From NCBI GenBank assembly GCA_963718915.1, contig CAVRAI010000003.1:450001-482000 (forward strand): DNA of 32,000 nucleotides. Direction: 5' to 3'. The notes beneath the pieces are model-generated. The model was not told where the DNA came from, ran no database searches, and saw only the letters and a program-made list of their open reading frames with translations. Position 1 is the first letter of the stretch, and the number at the start of each line of letters is the position of its first letter. The stretch comes from an uncultured Chloroflexia bacterium. Its GTDB lineage: Bacteria > Chloroflexota > Ktedonobacteria > Ktedonobacterales > JADMIN01. The position numbers and the translations under genes are program-made. Positions 31,714 to 32,000 of this stretch are shown one piece after another.

Positions 31714-31950
31714 ATGCGTGATACCCAGCCCCCCATCACCGACGACGAAGAATATCATGGCTATCAGCGAGCACGGGATAAAATGACCCTGCTCGTTGAA
31801 CAACGTGAAGCACGGCTGATTGATGCGCTGGCGCGTGGGAATGGAGAAGAGATTGAGGATCGGCGCTTTGATCTGCTCGATGCCTTACGCAAGCGCCAGG
31901 GCATCCTTGATGCGCTCAGCGTGTATGAACACCGCCAGCAGAGCGCCTAG
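31714..31950 (+). CDS. Hypothetical small acidic/helical protein (78 aa)
   Basis: The ATG at 31714 is preceded by GAGGAG with a 7-nt spacer. In-frame ATGs at 31696 and 31699 overlap the hsdS-fragment stop. MRDTQPPITDDEEYHGYQRARDKMTLLVEQREARLIDAL... No family recognised. Confidence 0.45.
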   Translation: MRDTQPPITDDEEYHGYQRARDKMTLLVEQREARLIDALARGNGEEIEDRRFDLLDALRKRQGILDALSVYEHRQQSA

Positions 31951-32000
31951 CATCAGCCAACATTGGCCACGTGTGTCGTCCCCTCAGTGGCGCGCGCCGT

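Noticed and set aside
1-32000. Scan for tRNA, rRNA, tmRNA, riboswitch and CRISPR signatures
   Set aside because: I found no T-loop (GGTTCGAATCC-like) contexts, no rRNA-like conserved blocks and no spaced repeat arrays by eye. This is a visual scan only, so tRNAscan-SE, Infernal/Rfam and CRISPR finders should be run to confirm.

Overview
This is a high-GC bacterial chromosomal window. My spot counts of 60-nt lines give about 65-75% G+C in core genes. Gene content and repeat types suggest Chloroflexota, possibly Ktedonobacteria-like, but that is a low-confidence guess. No rRNA, tRNA or CRISPR array is visible by eye.

Positions 1 to about 21.6 kb look like ordinary chromosome:
- a DinB-fold gene pair and a nitrilase-superfamily protein
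- an ArsR-CDF metal-efflux operon with a near-consensus promoter
- a macrolide-type GT1 glycosyltransferase
- a minus-strand copper-handling cluster (CopC, CtaG-like, SCO, and a CopC-CopD-YtkA fusion)
- a divergent DUF929-VKOR thiol-oxidoreductase pair, followed by a lipoprotein
- a PLP-dependent decarboxylase whose start lies in a 12-bp ATG-containing tandem repeat
- a frameshifted pyruvate,phosphate dikinase (ppdK)
- a GNAT acetyltransferase and a DUF4287-like gene

From about 21.6 kb to the right edge is an accessory island. It holds dispersed repeats, an IS982-family insertion sequence and three unknown genes. It then holds a decaying type I R-M locus with an intact hsdM, a multiply frameshifted hsdS, and an hsdR cut to 28 codons and fused to a second hsdS 3' end.

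Two intact, lower-GC cassettes sit inside that R-M scaffold:
1. An XRE-HTH/ImmA-IrrE peptidase fusion plus a MazF toxin. It is inserted exactly at the hsdM/hsdS TGATG junction and is bracketed by a 23-bp duplication.
2. A two-gene module between hsdS and the hsdR stub: an LPO_1073/Abi-alpha-like protein plus a zinc-ribbon protein carrying an R-x4-H HEPN-like motif. This is my top candidate for an undescribed abortive-infection or defence system.

Three dispersed intergenic repeat families also occur: a roughly 180-bp MITE-like element, a REP-like CCGTAGCG hairpin element, and C/G-rich CCCCTCTCC...GGAGAGGGG hairpins.

All family assignments come from motif recognition by eye. No searches were run.
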